A stretch of 64,000 nt of DNA from Patescibacteria group bacterium (GCA_038062175.1 JBBTXR010000001.1:9420-73419), one strand, 5' to 3'. Positions 36,773-46,455 are shown, numbered from the stretch's first letter. Notes: a model not told the origin generated them from the letters alone. Made by a program: numbers and translations.

Positions 36773-37906
36773 ATGCATCTACTTCGTGACATCCCTCATC
36801 TTGAAAACGCGCCGGTACTCGTGCGCGCAGCACTGAATGTACCGGTCGCAAGTGGGAGAGTGACTAACACCTTCCGATTGCGTAGTGCGCTTCCAACCAT
36901 TGAGTATCTGAGAAAGAAACATGCGCGCATTATTCTCATTGGGCACCTGGGTGACGGCGGCACGGAAAGTTTTGTGCCGGTGTATGAGGCACTTAAGGAA
37001 CTTGTTCCGGGCATCAAGTTCTGTGATCAGGCGATTGGCGCTAAGGCTCGTCAGGCAGTACGAGATTTGGTGCCAGGCGAAGTGCTGCTGCTTGAGAACC
37101 TGAGGAGACATAAAGGAGAGAAAGAAAACGATCCTGCGTTTGCTGCAGAACTCGCCTCACTTGCCGACGTGTTCGTGCAAGATTCCTTTGATGTCTGCCA
37201 TCGCACACATGCATCAGTGGTGGGGGTGCCGGAGCTGCTTCCTTCTTATGCGGGATTTCAGGTCTCAAAAGAGCTCGAAGAGCTTTCAAAGGCAGTCACC
37301 CCAAAGCGTCCTTCGCTTGCGATCATTGGAGGTGCGAAGTTTTCTACCAAAGAAGCGCTTCTTTCCGTACTGCTTCAATCCTACGATCATGTGTTTGTGG
37401 GTGGCGCACTCGCGAATGATTTTATGCAGGCCTTAGGGAAACCGGTGGGTGCCTCACTTGTTTCAAATGGAGACCATGAAGGTATTGAAGAACTCCTGGA
37501 GAACAAGAAGCTTCGTCTCCCGGTTGACTATGTGGTTGCTCCTAAAGGAAGTCAGAGGGAAGAGGGGCATCTGTCAGGGGTGACGGTGGTCGCACCGAAT
37601 GAGGCCATTTTAGATAACGGACCAAAGACCATCGAGATGCTCGCTGAGCTTGTTGGTAGCGCTAAGACGGTGCTGTGGAATGGGCCACTTGGAAACTACG
37701 AGCATGGGTTTACGGAAGGCACCGAGGCACTCGCGAAGGTAATTGCGTACTCGAAGGCGCATTCAATCGTGGGTGGGGGAGACACGATCGCGGCTATCGA
37801 GAAGCTTGGCCTCGATGATCACTTCTCCTTTATCTCAACGGGAGGTGGCGCGATGCTTGATTACCTTGCCGACGGATCTCTGCCCGGCATTGAGGCGTTA
37901 CAGTAG
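36773..37906 (+). CDS. pgk: Phosphoglycerate kinase
   Basis: PGK motifs (VRAALNVP, ILIGHLG, GGGAM). Confidence 0.9.
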   Translation: MHLLRDIPHLENAPVLVRAALNVPVASGRVTNTFRLRSALPTIEYLRKKHARIILIGHLGDGGTESFVPVYEALKELVPGIKFCDQAIGAKARQAVRDLVPGEVLLLENLRRHKGEKENDPAFAAELASLADVFVQDSFDVCHRTHASVVGVPELLPSYAGFQVSKELEELSKAVTPKRPSLAIIGGAKFSTKEALLSVLLQSYDHVFVGGALANDFMQALGKPVGASLVSNGDHEGIEELLENKKLRLPVDYVVAPKGSQREEGHLSGVTVVAPNEAILDNGPKTIEMLAELVGSAKTVLWNGPLGNYEHGFTEGTEALAKVIAYSKAHSIVGGGDTIAAIEKLGLDDHFSFISTGGGAMLDYLADGSLPGIEALQ

Positions 37907-38305
37907 CGCGCGGATCTTTGCGGCGACACTGTCTGCCTCACCTTCGCCATAGCTACCTGCCGGAAAGTGCGTAAACCCGTCTCCTTCGTGGCGGGGAATG
38001 ATATGGACGTGTGCGTGGAAGACGACCTGTCCTGCTGCTGGTTCGTTATTCATGGCGATATTGATGCCGTCTGCGTCTACAGCCTCTTTAATAACAGGAG
38101 CGAGCTTATGGACTGTTTTCATGACGGCAAGCCAGGAATCCTCAGAAATATCGAGAATGTTACGAGTGTGTACTTTGGGGATCACGAGCGTGTGTCCTGG
38201 GTTGTTGGGCGCAATATCAAGGAACGCGAGCGTTGCCTCGTCTTCATAAATGATGGTGGCAGGGATCTCGCGGGCAATGATCTTCTCAAAGATAGTAGGT
38301 TCCAT
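37898..38305 (-). CDS. HIT-family protein (HinT-like)
   Basis: Histidine triad (HAHVHIIPR) and N-terminal IFEKIIAREIPA. Start at MEPTIFEK (38305) rather than the ORF-track 38341. Confidence 0.85.
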   Translation of the reverse strand: MEPTIFEKIIAREIPATIIYEDEATLAFLDIAPNNPGHTLVIPKVHTRNILDISEDSWLAVMKTVHKLAPVIKEAVDADGINIAMNNEPAAGQVVFHAHVHIIPRHEGDGFTHFPAGSYGEGEADSVAAKIRALL

Positions 38306-38350
38306 ACCTGAAAAGCATAGCGCATAGCAACTCTGATACAATCACCCCAC

Positions 38351-40072
38351 ATGTTTCCGCTCCATGACGTTCTTGATGAGAAATTACGCGACGAGCTTGC
38401 TGCGTATGATGATTTCACGGCCTCGCTTCTAGCCAGAAGAGGGGTCACGAGCGCTAAAGAGGCAGAAGCCTTTCTTTCTCCCTCCTACGACGAGCACATT
38501 CATGACCCTATGCTCATGACTGATATGCCTAAAGCAGCTGAACGGCTTGCGCGTGCCATTTCAAACAAGGAAAAGATCACCGTCTGGAGTGACTATGACT
38601 GTGACGGGATTCCGGGAGGGGTGGTGCTCCATGATTTTCTTAAAAAAGCCGGAGCTGATTTTACGAACTACATTCCGCACCGACATGACGAGGGGTACGG
38701 CGTGAACTTGAAAGGTATTGAGAAACTTGCCAAGGAAGGAACCAAGCTCGTCGTTACCGTTGATGTGGGTATTGTCGACAATGAAGCGGTCGCACTCGCG
38801 AACGAACTTGGTATGGAGGTGATCGTTACTGACCATCATCTTCCGTCAGGCGACCTTCCGCCTGCGTATGCAGTCGTTGACCCGAAGGCGCGTGCGGATG
38901 AGACGTACCCGTTTAAGGATCTGTGTGGAGGGGGAATTGCATGGAAGCTTGTTTGTGCAACACTCCAGCACGGATTTACCGGTCGCGAGAACATTGCACC
39001 AGGATGGGAGAAGTGGCTTTTGGATATGGCAGGACTTTCAACCATTGCAGATATGGTGCCACTCAAGGGAGAGAACCGAGTGATCGCAAAGTACGCACTC
39101 TTGGTTATGCGGAAGTCACCTCGTCTGGGGCTGCAGCGACTTTGTAAGGTTGCGCGCGTGAATCAGCGCCTGATCACTGAAGACGATGTCGGCTTTATGA
39201 TCGCGCCCCGAGTGAATGCGGCTTCACGCATGGGAGATCCGCGTGATGCGTTTCAACTCTTCACGACTGAAGACGAAGTTGAGGCAGACGAGCTTTCAAA
39301 GAAGCTTGAAGCGATCAATCGGTCACGGCGAGCGGTTGCGGGAGCGACGACGCGTGAAGTACACGAACGACTTGAGGAGCGAAAGCTTCAGGGAGAGTTG
39401 CCTTCAGTACTTGTGTTCGGGAACCCTGACTGGAGGCCGGGACTTTTGGGGCTCGTTGCAAACGGCATAGCAGAAGAATACGGACGACCGGTGTTCCTTT
39501 GGGGACGAGAGGGGAACGATACCCTTAAAGGATCATGTCGCGCTGGCGGGAAGGTGAGTGTGAATGCACTTATGCACGCAGCGACCGATGCGTTTCTTGA
39601 GTTCGGTGGACATGCAGCGTCGGGTGGTTTTTCTATCGCACCAGAGCAGGTCTCGTATCTTGAAGCGCGATTGGTAGAGGCGCTTGCCACCTTGCCTCCA
39701 GAGACGGCGGAAGAGTCGAGAGCGGATCGTGAGCTCTCGCCACAAGAAGTGTCTCCGCGGCTCCTCCTGTCGCTTGAGAAGTTTGCACCGTTTGGTATGG
39801 GAAACACGAAGCCATCGTTTGCGCTCCACAGTGTGCTCGTGACTGAGGTGTCGTGGTTTGGGAAGGCAGGGGAACATCTTAGGCTTCGGATTCTGCGGGA
39901 TGAGTTTGATGACACGACGATCGAAGCGATCTCGTTCTATGCAAAGCGAGAGCTCGGAAAGAGTTGCGAGAAGGTGGTGGCAGGGGAGCGAGCATCACTT
40001 CTGGCGCATGTGGAGCGAGATACGTTTTCGAGGAAGAGCCCGGTGAGGCTTCGGATTGTGGCGATTAAGTAA
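38351..40072 (+). CDS. recJ: Single-stranded-DNA-specific exonuclease RecJ
   Basis: DHH motifs (VWSDYDCDGI, VIVTDHH) and a DHHA1 domain. Confidence 0.9.
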   Translation: MFPLHDVLDEKLRDELAAYDDFTASLLARRGVTSAKEAEAFLSPSYDEHIHDPMLMTDMPKAAERLARAISNKEKITVWSDYDCDGIPGGVVLHDFLKKAGADFTNYIPHRHDEGYGVNLKGIEKLAKEGTKLVVTVDVGIVDNEAVALANELGMEVIVTDHHLPSGDLPPAYAVVDPKARADETYPFKDLCGGGIAWKLVCATLQHGFTGRENIAPGWEKWLLDMAGLSTIADMVPLKGENRVIAKYALLVMRKSPRLGLQRLCKVARVNQRLITEDDVGFMIAPRVNAASRMGDPRDAFQLFTTEDEVEADELSKKLEAINRSRRAVAGATTREVHERLEERKLQGELPSVLVFGNPDWRPGLLGLVANGIAEEYGRPVFLWGREGNDTLKGSCRAGGKVSVNALMHAATDAFLEFGGHAASGGFSIAPEQVSYLEARLVEALATLPPETAEESRADRELSPQEVSPRLLLSLEKFAPFGMGNTKPSFALHSVLVTEVSWFGKAGEHLRLRILRDEFDDTTIEAISFYAKRELGKSCEKVVAGERASLLAHVERDTFSRKSPVRLRIVAIK

Positions 40073-40165
40073 TGCTTCGCTTAGTTCAGGACGTTAGAAT
40101 CTTCATATAAAACAGAAGACCCGCTCGGCAGGAGCCAAGTGGGCTTCTGCTCGAACGGGTCGTAT

Positions 40166-40849
40166 TTAAGTTAGGGCAGAGAGGGAGCGCTTGAGATTCT
40201 CTCGAGCGCGGGCCTCATACTTGCGCTGGAAGTACTGGAGGTTGTAGATGGTTGTTCGATCGAGGAATCGTTGTAGGACAGCTGCTCTCCCGGATCGGAA
40301 TGCGTCGGCTGGTACCCACTCATACTCCAGTCGGATCTGCCGCTCGTATTCGTCGAACGCCTCTTCTGGTTGTCCGAGGATGGCGAGATCGACATCGAGC
40401 ACCAGCTTTTCGTCGAAGAAGAGAGGCTCTTTGGTGTGGGCGGTGACGCGGATGTAGGACGCGACAAGGCCAGGGTTCGCATAGAAGCAGCGGGCTTCGG
40501 TGAGAACCTGTTCGGCAAACAGAGCACTACGCTCCTCGTTGTCGTTTGCTCGTGTATCGTAGAACACGTCGTGGTACCAGAGCGCCAGTTCAACGGTGAC
40601 TCGCGCATTTGAACCGAGCGAGATGCCGTCGTCATCTCTGAAAGCCTCGTTCAGTTCCCGGAAGCAGTGCTCGAGGTGAGCAAGGGTGTGGTACGCCCGG
40701 TGCGGCTCAGAATAGCGCCGCTCCAGGTCTTCGTAGAGAGCGAGTGCATCACCTTCATATCCGAGGCCGCTCCAGAGCTGGAGCCACCGATCTCTCAATA
40801 CTGTGTTCATCTCCAACTCCTGTGGAAGTCTGAAAGAGTTATAGCACAC
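40166..40849 (-). CDS. Predicted HD-superfamily metal-dependent phosphohydrolase
   Basis: RYSEPHRAYHTLAHLEH plus a later HD-like motif (WYHDVFYD). Start is possibly the internal Met at 40809. Confidence 0.55.
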   Translation of the reverse strand: MCYNSFRLPQELEMNTVLRDRWLQLWSGLGYEGDALALYEDLERRYSEPHRAYHTLAHLEHCFRELNEAFRDDDGISLGSNARVTVELALWYHDVFYDTRANDNEERSALFAEQVLTEARCFYANPGLVASYIRVTAHTKEPLFFDEKLVLDVDLAILGQPEEAFDEYERQIRLEYEWVPADAFRSGRAAVLQRFLDRTTIYNLQYFQRKYEARARENLKRSLSALT

Positions 40850-40917
40850 GATATGAATTTGTCAGCTGCCGCTGGCAGGACTCGAATCCTCTGGATTCAT
40901 TGCGCTATAGTACGCAT

Positions 40918-41340
40918 ATGAATTTCACTCTCTACGCAGACGGCGGTGCACGCGGGAATCCGGGTCCTGCAGGAGCTGGTGCAGTTGTTTTCGATAGTCT
41001 CGGCAAGCGCGTTGTTGAGGTCTCGGATTATCTTGGTGTAGCGACCAACAACATCGCTGAGTATGAGGCAGTGATCCGAGGCCTTCGGAAACTCGCTGAA
41101 GAATATCCAATAGACATACTTAAGTCTGCTCCGCTTACCATCCGCATGGACTCAAAGCTCGTGATTGAGCAATTGAAAGGTGCGTACAAAGTGAAGCATC
41201 CCAACCTCGTTCCTCGGCACTTTGAGGTGAAGAATATTCTTGCGCGCTCATTCGGTACCGTTGCCTTCGAGCACGTGTATCGCGAGAAGAACAAAGACGC
41301 GGACGAACTCGCCAATCGAGCGATGGATGCAGGGAAGTAG
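40918..41340 (+). CDS. rnhA: Ribonuclease H (type 1)
   Basis: RNase H catalytic pattern (LYADGGARGNPGPAG...NNIAEYEA...DADELAN). Start at MNFTLY. Confidence 0.85.
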   Translation: MNFTLYADGGARGNPGPAGAGAVVFDSLGKRVVEVSDYLGVATNNIAEYEAVIRGLRKLAEEYPIDILKSAPLTIRMDSKLVIEQLKGAYKVKHPNLVPRHFEVKNILARSFGTVAFEHVYREKNKDADELANRAMDAGK

Positions 41341-41380
41341 TCTTCAGGTTTCTCCTATCTTCAAGTGGTAGCGTCGCGGC

Positions 41381-42823
41381 ATGAGCCGCTTGTTTCTTTT
41401 AGGTATCGGAGCGTTTGCGCTTGGCGTTGCGATGCAGTCGCTGTATCCCGTGTCGCTGCCACTAATCGCATTTGCTGCACTCGCTGGCATGGTGCTTATT
41501 TTCTTTGCGCGAACAGACTGGTCGATGGGTGTGGGTGTCGTGCTAGTGCTGTGTGCGCTTGGGGTAGGGAGGGTGGCATTCATGCCAAGCAGCCCTCCTC
41601 CTGTATTCCTACCGCTCTTTGATACGAAGGTGGAGTTACTTGGTGTGGTGGTGGGCGATCCAGACATTCGAGAAACTACCCAACGCGTAACGGTTGAAGT
41701 CGCACATGAGGATGCGCGAATGCGAGTGCTCGTGGTGGCATCCTTGTATCCCGAACTTGCGCATGGCGAGGGAGTAGCAGTCATCGGAAAACTTGAACAC
41801 CCTGAACCCTTCGACACGGATGGTGGCCGTGTTTTTCGCTACGACACATTCCTCGCAAAAGACGGCGTGTTCGGGATTGTGAGTTATGCAAACGTCGAAG
41901 TGGTGAGTAAACCATCCACACTCGATACATTTCGAAGTTCTTTGTACGCAGTGAAGCACTGGTTCACGCGTGGACTTGAATACGCACTTCCAGAACCCTA
42001 TGCCGCGCTTGCTGCAGGCATCATCACGGGCGGGAAGCAGGGTCTTGGGAAAGAACTCCTTGATGCGTTTACGACTGCCGGACTCATACATATCGTGGTC
42101 CTCTCTGGATACAACGTAATGATTGTGGCGGAGGCAGTGCTCCGGATGTGTGGGTTTCTAAAGAAGCGTAGCGCTGCAGTAGTGGCAGGGATCGTGATCG
42201 CACTCTTTGTTATGGCAGCGGGAGCAGGAGCGGCAAGCATTCGTGCAGGCGTGATGGCAGGGGTCGCGCTCTTTGCGAGAGCGTCCGGGCGTACCTATGA
42301 CGCACTTCGAGCACTTCTCTTTGTGTTTGTGGCTATGCTCCTCATCAATCCGCTTCTGCTTATACATGATCCGGGATTTCAATTCTCCTTTGCAGCAACG
42401 CTCGGACTCATCCTTGCAGCTCCCTCGATTGAGGCGCGATTTGCAAGGGTGCGTCCCGCCTTTGTGCGCGATATTGCTGCTACTACTATTGCCGCGCAGC
42501 TATTTGTCTTACCGCTTCTGTTGTATCAGACAGGTAATCTTTCGTTTATCGCGTTTCCCGCAAACATTCTCGCGCTTCCGGTTGTTCCGCTTGCCATGCT
42601 TTTCTCAGCCATTGCAGGGGTGGCGGGAATTCTCGTTCCTTTCATTGCTCCCGTTATTGCTGTCCCCGCACTTCTTTTACTTGCGTATCTTATTGAGCTC
42701 GCGCAGATTGCCGCGTCACTTCCATACGCCACGAGTGTCGTCCCGGTATTTCCGTTTATTCTGGTACCCGTTATGTATGCAGGCCTTGCGGGCCTTATCT
42801 ATCTTCTAAAGAGAAGTGGCTAG
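41381..42823 (+). CDS. comEC: ComEC/Rec2 competence channel, membrane part (DUF4131 + Competence domain), no MBL domain
   Basis: 480-aa polytopic membrane protein with the Competence-domain signature (AAGIITGGKQGLGKELLDAFTTAGLIHIVVLSGYN). Confidence 0.8.
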   Translation: MSRLFLLGIGAFALGVAMQSLYPVSLPLIAFAALAGMVLIFFARTDWSMGVGVVLVLCALGVGRVAFMPSSPPPVFLPLFDTKVELLGVVVGDPDIRETTQRVTVEVAHEDARMRVLVVASLYPELAHGEGVAVIGKLEHPEPFDTDGGRVFRYDTFLAKDGVFGIVSYANVEVVSKPSTLDTFRSSLYAVKHWFTRGLEYALPEPYAALAAGIITGGKQGLGKELLDAFTTAGLIHIVVLSGYNVMIVAEAVLRMCGFLKKRSAAVVAGIVIALFVMAAGAGAASIRAGVMAGVALFARASGRTYDALRALLFVFVAMLLINPLLLIHDPGFQFSFAATLGLILAAPSIEARFARVRPAFVRDIAATTIAAQLFVLPLLLYQTGNLSFIAFPANILALPVVPLAMLFSAIAGVAGILVPFIAPVIAVPALLLLAYLIELAQIAASLPYATSVVPVFPFILVPVMYAGLAGLIYLLKRSG

Positions 42824-43422
42824 GTGGCTGCGTTTGCGAAGCGTTCGTTCACGAGTTTCCAGTTCACGTTGTCGAGGAAGGCATCGACATAGTCTTTCTT
42901 CTCTGCAGGGACGTAGTCGATCATGAACGCATGCTCCCAGAGATCGATAGCAAGGATGATGGGAAGACCGGCAAGCTGCCCCAGCTCATGATCATTTACA
43001 AAGGCGGTGTGGAGGGTGTTCGCACGAGGATCGAAATAGGTCACCACCCAGCCGATGCCGCGGGTGCCCGCAACTTCTTTCAAGTGGGTGAGGAAACTGG
43101 CCCAGTTGCCGTACTTTTCTGAAGCGGCGTTCCCAAGCGCAGAGTCCTCTTCGCTCTCGGTGGCACCTCCCTCAAATTGCTCGAAGTAGTACTCGTGCAT
43201 GCGCATGCCATCGAACTCGAAGCCGAGACGGCGGCGTAGCTCATTAATGACGAAGGCGTTCTTCTCAGCGTCCTCCTCCTTAAGGCGCTTGATGGTATCG
43301 AGGATGAGGTTTGTGTGCTTTACGTAGCCCTCGTAGAGCGCGAGGTGCACGTCGATTTGTTTCTTTGAAAGTCCTTTGAGTTCTGGAAGGGTGAAAGTGC
43401 GTGGGGTGTAGGTCATAGTCAT
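42820..43422 (-). CDS. sodA: Superoxide dismutase (Fe/Mn)
   Basis: Fe/Mn-SOD signature (DLWEHAFMIDY) and N-terminal LPELKGLSKKQIDVH. Confidence 0.9.
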   Translation of the reverse strand: MTMTYTPRTFTLPELKGLSKKQIDVHLALYEGYVKHTNLILDTIKRLKEEDAEKNAFVINELRRRLGFEFDGMRMHEYYFEQFEGGATESEEDSALGNAASEKYGNWASFLTHLKEVAGTRGIGWVVTYFDPRANTLHTAFVNDHELGQLAGLPIILAIDLWEHAFMIDYVPAEKKDYVDAFLDNVNWKLVNERFANAAT

Positions 43423-43431
43423 GTGGTTAGT

Positions 43432-43674
43432 TTAGAAATTGCGATAGGTGGTGTCATCTCGTCGCCCAACATCAAGTATGCGAATCTGCTCGTCTTTCCT
43501 ATGGAATATGACGCGTATACTGCTGATCCGCAATCGATAGATATCATCGTGGCCCTTGAGCTTTTTGATGTCGAGCTCGTCTATGTTTCCTGCAAACAGG
43601 GCAGCAAGCGTTTTTTGAAGGTGACCCCGTTCCTTCAGATCTAGTTTCTTGAAAAACTTTGCGAGTTTATCCAT
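43432..43674 (-). CDS. relE: Type II toxin, RelE/ParE family
   Basis: RelE-like C-terminus (IYRLRISSIRVIFHRKDEQIRILDVGRR). Start chosen at MDKLAKFF, giving an 8-nt overlap with the antitoxin. ORF-track upper bound is 43743. Confidence 0.7.
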   Translation of the reverse strand: MDKLAKFFKKLDLKERGHLQKTLAALFAGNIDELDIKKLKGHDDIYRLRISSIRVIFHRKDEQIRILDVGRRDDTTYRNF

Positions 43675-43912
43675 CGAGTTTCTTAAGAGAAGCAAGAACT
43701 TCTTCAATAGGGACACCTCGCGGATCGATCTTCGTGAAATCAATCACCGTCTCCCATCCCATCTCTTCCTCATCTACAGGCGTGAGTCGGAATAGGGGAG
43801 TCGAACGGCGCATGACCGTGATTGATTCTCCCTTATTCACGCGCTTGATGTACGTCTCCGTGTTCTCACGGAGCTCTTTAAGTCCTATGATGTTCTTTGC
43901 TTTGGTAGCCAT
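43667..43912 (-). CDS. Type II antitoxin, Phd/YefM family
   Basis: 81-aa ORF with the Phd/YefM fold pattern (LKELRENTETYIKRVNKGESITVMRRSTPLFRLTPVDE), overlapping the toxin start. Confidence 0.7.
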   Translation of the reverse strand: MATKAKNIIGLKELRENTETYIKRVNKGESITVMRRSTPLFRLTPVDEEEMGWETVIDFTKIDPRGVPIEEVLASLKKLDG

Positions 43913-43913
43913 A

Positions 43914-43943
43914 CTCTAAGATTATCTTAAGATAATCTTAGAG
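43914..43943. promoter_or_regulatory. 30-bp perfect palindrome directly upstream of the antitoxin start (putative TA operator)
   Basis: ctctaagattatctt|aagataatcttagag, a perfect dyad ending 1 nt before the phd start codon. Confidence 0.55.
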
Positions 43944-43959
43944 TCAACAGGCTGAATGT

Positions 43960-44283
43960 TTAATGAGGGGTCTCGCGGGCTGAGGTATACCGATCCTTAT
44001 CCCGTTCCGTCACCTTATCGATACTCTTTCTCATCGCGTCATCGAGATTGATGTTGTGTGCGTTCGCAAAGCAGATCAGGGTGTAGATGATGTCGCCAAG
44101 CTCTTCCTCCATATCCTGCACCTCCTCCTCAAGCTTCTTTTTCTTTGGTCCGTAGACATGGTTCACGAGGCGGGCAAACTCACCACACTCTTCAAAGAGT
44201 CGGGTGGTAATGGCAAGGGGTTCCCAGTAGCCCCAGCCCTTTTGCTTAAACCATGCATCGACTTCCTCCTGGTACTGTTTCAT
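43960..44283 (-). CDS. MazG-like nucleotide pyrophosphohydrolase (small, single-domain)
   Basis: EExxE-type motif (ECGEFARL ... EEELGDIIYTLI). Confidence 0.8.
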   Translation of the reverse strand: MKQYQEEVDAWFKQKGWGYWEPLAITTRLFEECGEFARLVNHVYGPKKKKLEEEVQDMEEELGDIIYTLICFANAHNINLDDAMRKSIDKVTERDKDRYTSARETPH

Positions 44284-44309
44284 ACCCCTATACTATGGCA
44301 TAGCTACTT

Positions 44310-45164
44310 ATGTGCGCACTTCAGTCCTGGCCCTTGGCCCTCCTCATCGTTTCGCTCCTTGTGGCGCTTAATGCTGCTGTTGCGTATGCCATCTTCGAGC
44401 CTCGTGACGAGACCCTCAAGGTGTCGTTTCTTGATGTGGGGCAGGGAGATGCGATTCTAATTGAAAGTCCTGAAGGTATAGAGCTTCTGATCGATGGCGG
44501 TCGGGACCGCTCGGTGCTTCGCGAGCTTCCGCGGGTTATCGGACCCTTAGATCGATCTATTGATATGGTGCTTGCAACCCATCCGGATGCCGATCATATC
44601 GGCGGACTTCCTGATATATTCTCTCGCTACCGTGTCTCGTACTATCTCTCGTCCGGGATTGAAAACGATACGAGTCCTACGGAGCGTCTCGAGGCGTATG
44701 CGTCTGCAGAAAAGGGGATGCAATCGTTTATCGCACGCCGTGGCATGCGCATCCATCTTGGGAAAGACGTATATGCAGACGTGCTATATCCCGATCGGGA
44801 CGTATCCAAAGGAGAAACGAATGCCGGATCGGTAATAGTGCGACTGGTGTATGGCGAGACCTCGTTTTTGTTAACGGGAGATGCGCCCGACACCGTCGAG
44901 AATTATGTGGCTACACTAGGGGTCGTTGATAGCGATGTGCTGAAGGCCGGACACCATGGCTCGCGCAATTCCACGAGTGCCGTATTCCTTTCTGCAGTTA
45001 CGCCCGATACGGTGGTTGTATCAGCAGGTAAAGATAACTCATACGGTCACCCACATGCGGAGGTGGTACAGCGAGTACGAGAGAGTGGGGCAGAGCTCGT
45101 ATCGACTAGTGAGGAGGGGGCGATTACTTTCGTCTCAAACGGGATAGATATTGTACGGAAGTAA
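44310..45164 (+). CDS. ComEC-type metallo-beta-lactamase domain protein (membrane-anchored)
   Basis: N-terminal TM, then MBL motifs (LDVGQGDAILIE, HPDADHIGG, GHHGS) matching the C-terminal domain of ComEC. Confidence 0.8.
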   Translation: MCALQSWPLALLIVSLLVALNAAVAYAIFEPRDETLKVSFLDVGQGDAILIESPEGIELLIDGGRDRSVLRELPRVIGPLDRSIDMVLATHPDADHIGGLPDIFSRYRVSYYLSSGIENDTSPTERLEAYASAEKGMQSFIARRGMRIHLGKDVYADVLYPDRDVSKGETNAGSVIVRLVYGETSFLLTGDAPDTVENYVATLGVVDSDVLKAGHHGSRNSTSAVFLSAVTPDTVVVSAGKDNSYGHPHAEVVQRVRESGAELVSTSEEGAITFVSNGIDIVRK

Positions 45165-45485
45165 GTACGTGCTACTGTTGACTAAGGTTAGTTGTGGGAG
45201 GGTTCAGATGCGTTGTCCATGCGTGATTAAGGCAGACTTTATGTTCACTGCCATTTCGCAGGGCAGTGTCGGCAGCGATCTTGGTTGGCTGCGTGATCTA
45301 CGGAAGCTCATCGATGCGGACCTTGCGAACATGCCGCCCCCGAGCACGATTTCCAGCGCTGTATTCGCTGAGATGTCCCAGGAGCTCGAAGTTCTCTGTG
45401 ATGTCGATAGGCGTGTGGTGCTCGCCATGCTCGGCGAACGCATTGATGGTCGGCTTGCCGTCGTCTAACGTCGCCGATAAATAAA

Positions 45486-45524
45486 GAAAGCGCCCGGATC
45501 CAGATGGACCCGGGCGTTTCTTCT
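45486..45524 (-). terminator. Rho-independent terminator downstream of rpmB
   Basis: gcgcccgg-(loop)-ccgggcg hairpin with a U tract on the minus strand. Confidence 0.65.
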
Positions 45525-45531
45525 GCCCTGC

Positions 45532-45777
45532 TTACTTAACGATTCCTGCCTTTTTCAGGGTGGCGTAGGCGCCGTTCTTCTTGATGATGCGCATGCCCTT
45601 GGTGGAGATGTCGACGAGGATCATCTTGCCAAGCTCGGGGACAAAGATGCGGCGCTTGGTGAGGTTGGCGCTGCGGCGAACCTTACCCGTTGGGTTGAAC
45701 TGGGTAGCACGGGTGCGGTTAGAATACCGCCCGCCAATCTGCGTGCTCTTTCCGGTTACTTCGCAAGCTCGTGCCAT
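45532..45777 (-). CDS. rpmB: 50S ribosomal protein L28
   Basis: 81-aa ORF with the L28 N-terminus (MARACEVTGK...NRTR..FNP). Confidence 0.85.
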   Translation of the reverse strand: MARACEVTGKSTQIGGRYSNRTRATQFNPTGKVRRSANLTKRRIFVPELGKMILVDISTKGMRIIKKNGAYATLKKAGIVK

Positions 45778-45822
45778 AGTCCCCGCATGCTAGCATAGGG
45801 ACACGTAAATCGGCAACTTTCT

Positions 45823-46452
45823 ATGGAATTCATCATATTCGGCGTCATTGTGCTCATTCTTTCGATCATCGTGCATGAGGTGGCTCACGGGTATGCCGCC
45901 TACGCGCTTGGGGACCCGACCGCAAAGCTTGAGGGCAGGCTTACCTTGAACCCTATACCGCATGTGGATCCTATAGGATCGATCATTTTGCCTGCGCTTT
46001 TGGTCATGACGAACGCAGGGATTCTCTTTGGTTGGGCAAAGCCCGTTCCATATAACCCGTATAACCTGAAGAATCAGCGATGGGGTGAGGCGATTGTGGG
46101 AATCGCAGGAGTCGCGACCAACCTCTTTCTCGCGGTCCTCTTTGCGTTTGTTGCGCGCTATGCGTATGGCGCAGGGATGACTGAGTTTGGGGATCTCGCA
46201 GCGATCGTGACTCTAACGAACCTTTCGCTCGGGCTCTTTAACTTGATTCCGTTTCCTCCGCTTGATGGGTTTACGGTGCTTCGTGGCCTCTTGCCGTTCA
46301 AGGCATCCATGGCGATGCGTGAGTTTGAGGACCGTATGCGTGCCGGGAGCATCTTCACGCTCGTTGCCTTCCTCTTTATATTCAGCTATCTGTTTGCAAA
46401 GCCCTTCTACGCCGTCATCACCTACCTATTTAAGATGTTGGTCGGCGCATAA
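45823..46452 (+). CDS. Site-2 protease-family zinc metalloprotease (peptidase M50)
   Basis: HExxH in a TM helix (IVHEVAHGYAAYALGD), multiple TM segments, and the second motif (LFNLIPFPPLDG). Confidence 0.8.
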   Translation: MEFIIFGVIVLILSIIVHEVAHGYAAYALGDPTAKLEGRLTLNPIPHVDPIGSIILPALLVMTNAGILFGWAKPVPYNPYNLKNQRWGEAIVGIAGVATNLFLAVLFAFVARYAYGAGMTEFGDLAAIVTLTNLSLGLFNLIPFPPLDGFTVLRGLLPFKASMAMREFEDRMRAGSIFTLVAFLFIFSYLFAKPFYAVITYLFKMLVGA

Positions 46453-46455
46453 CAT

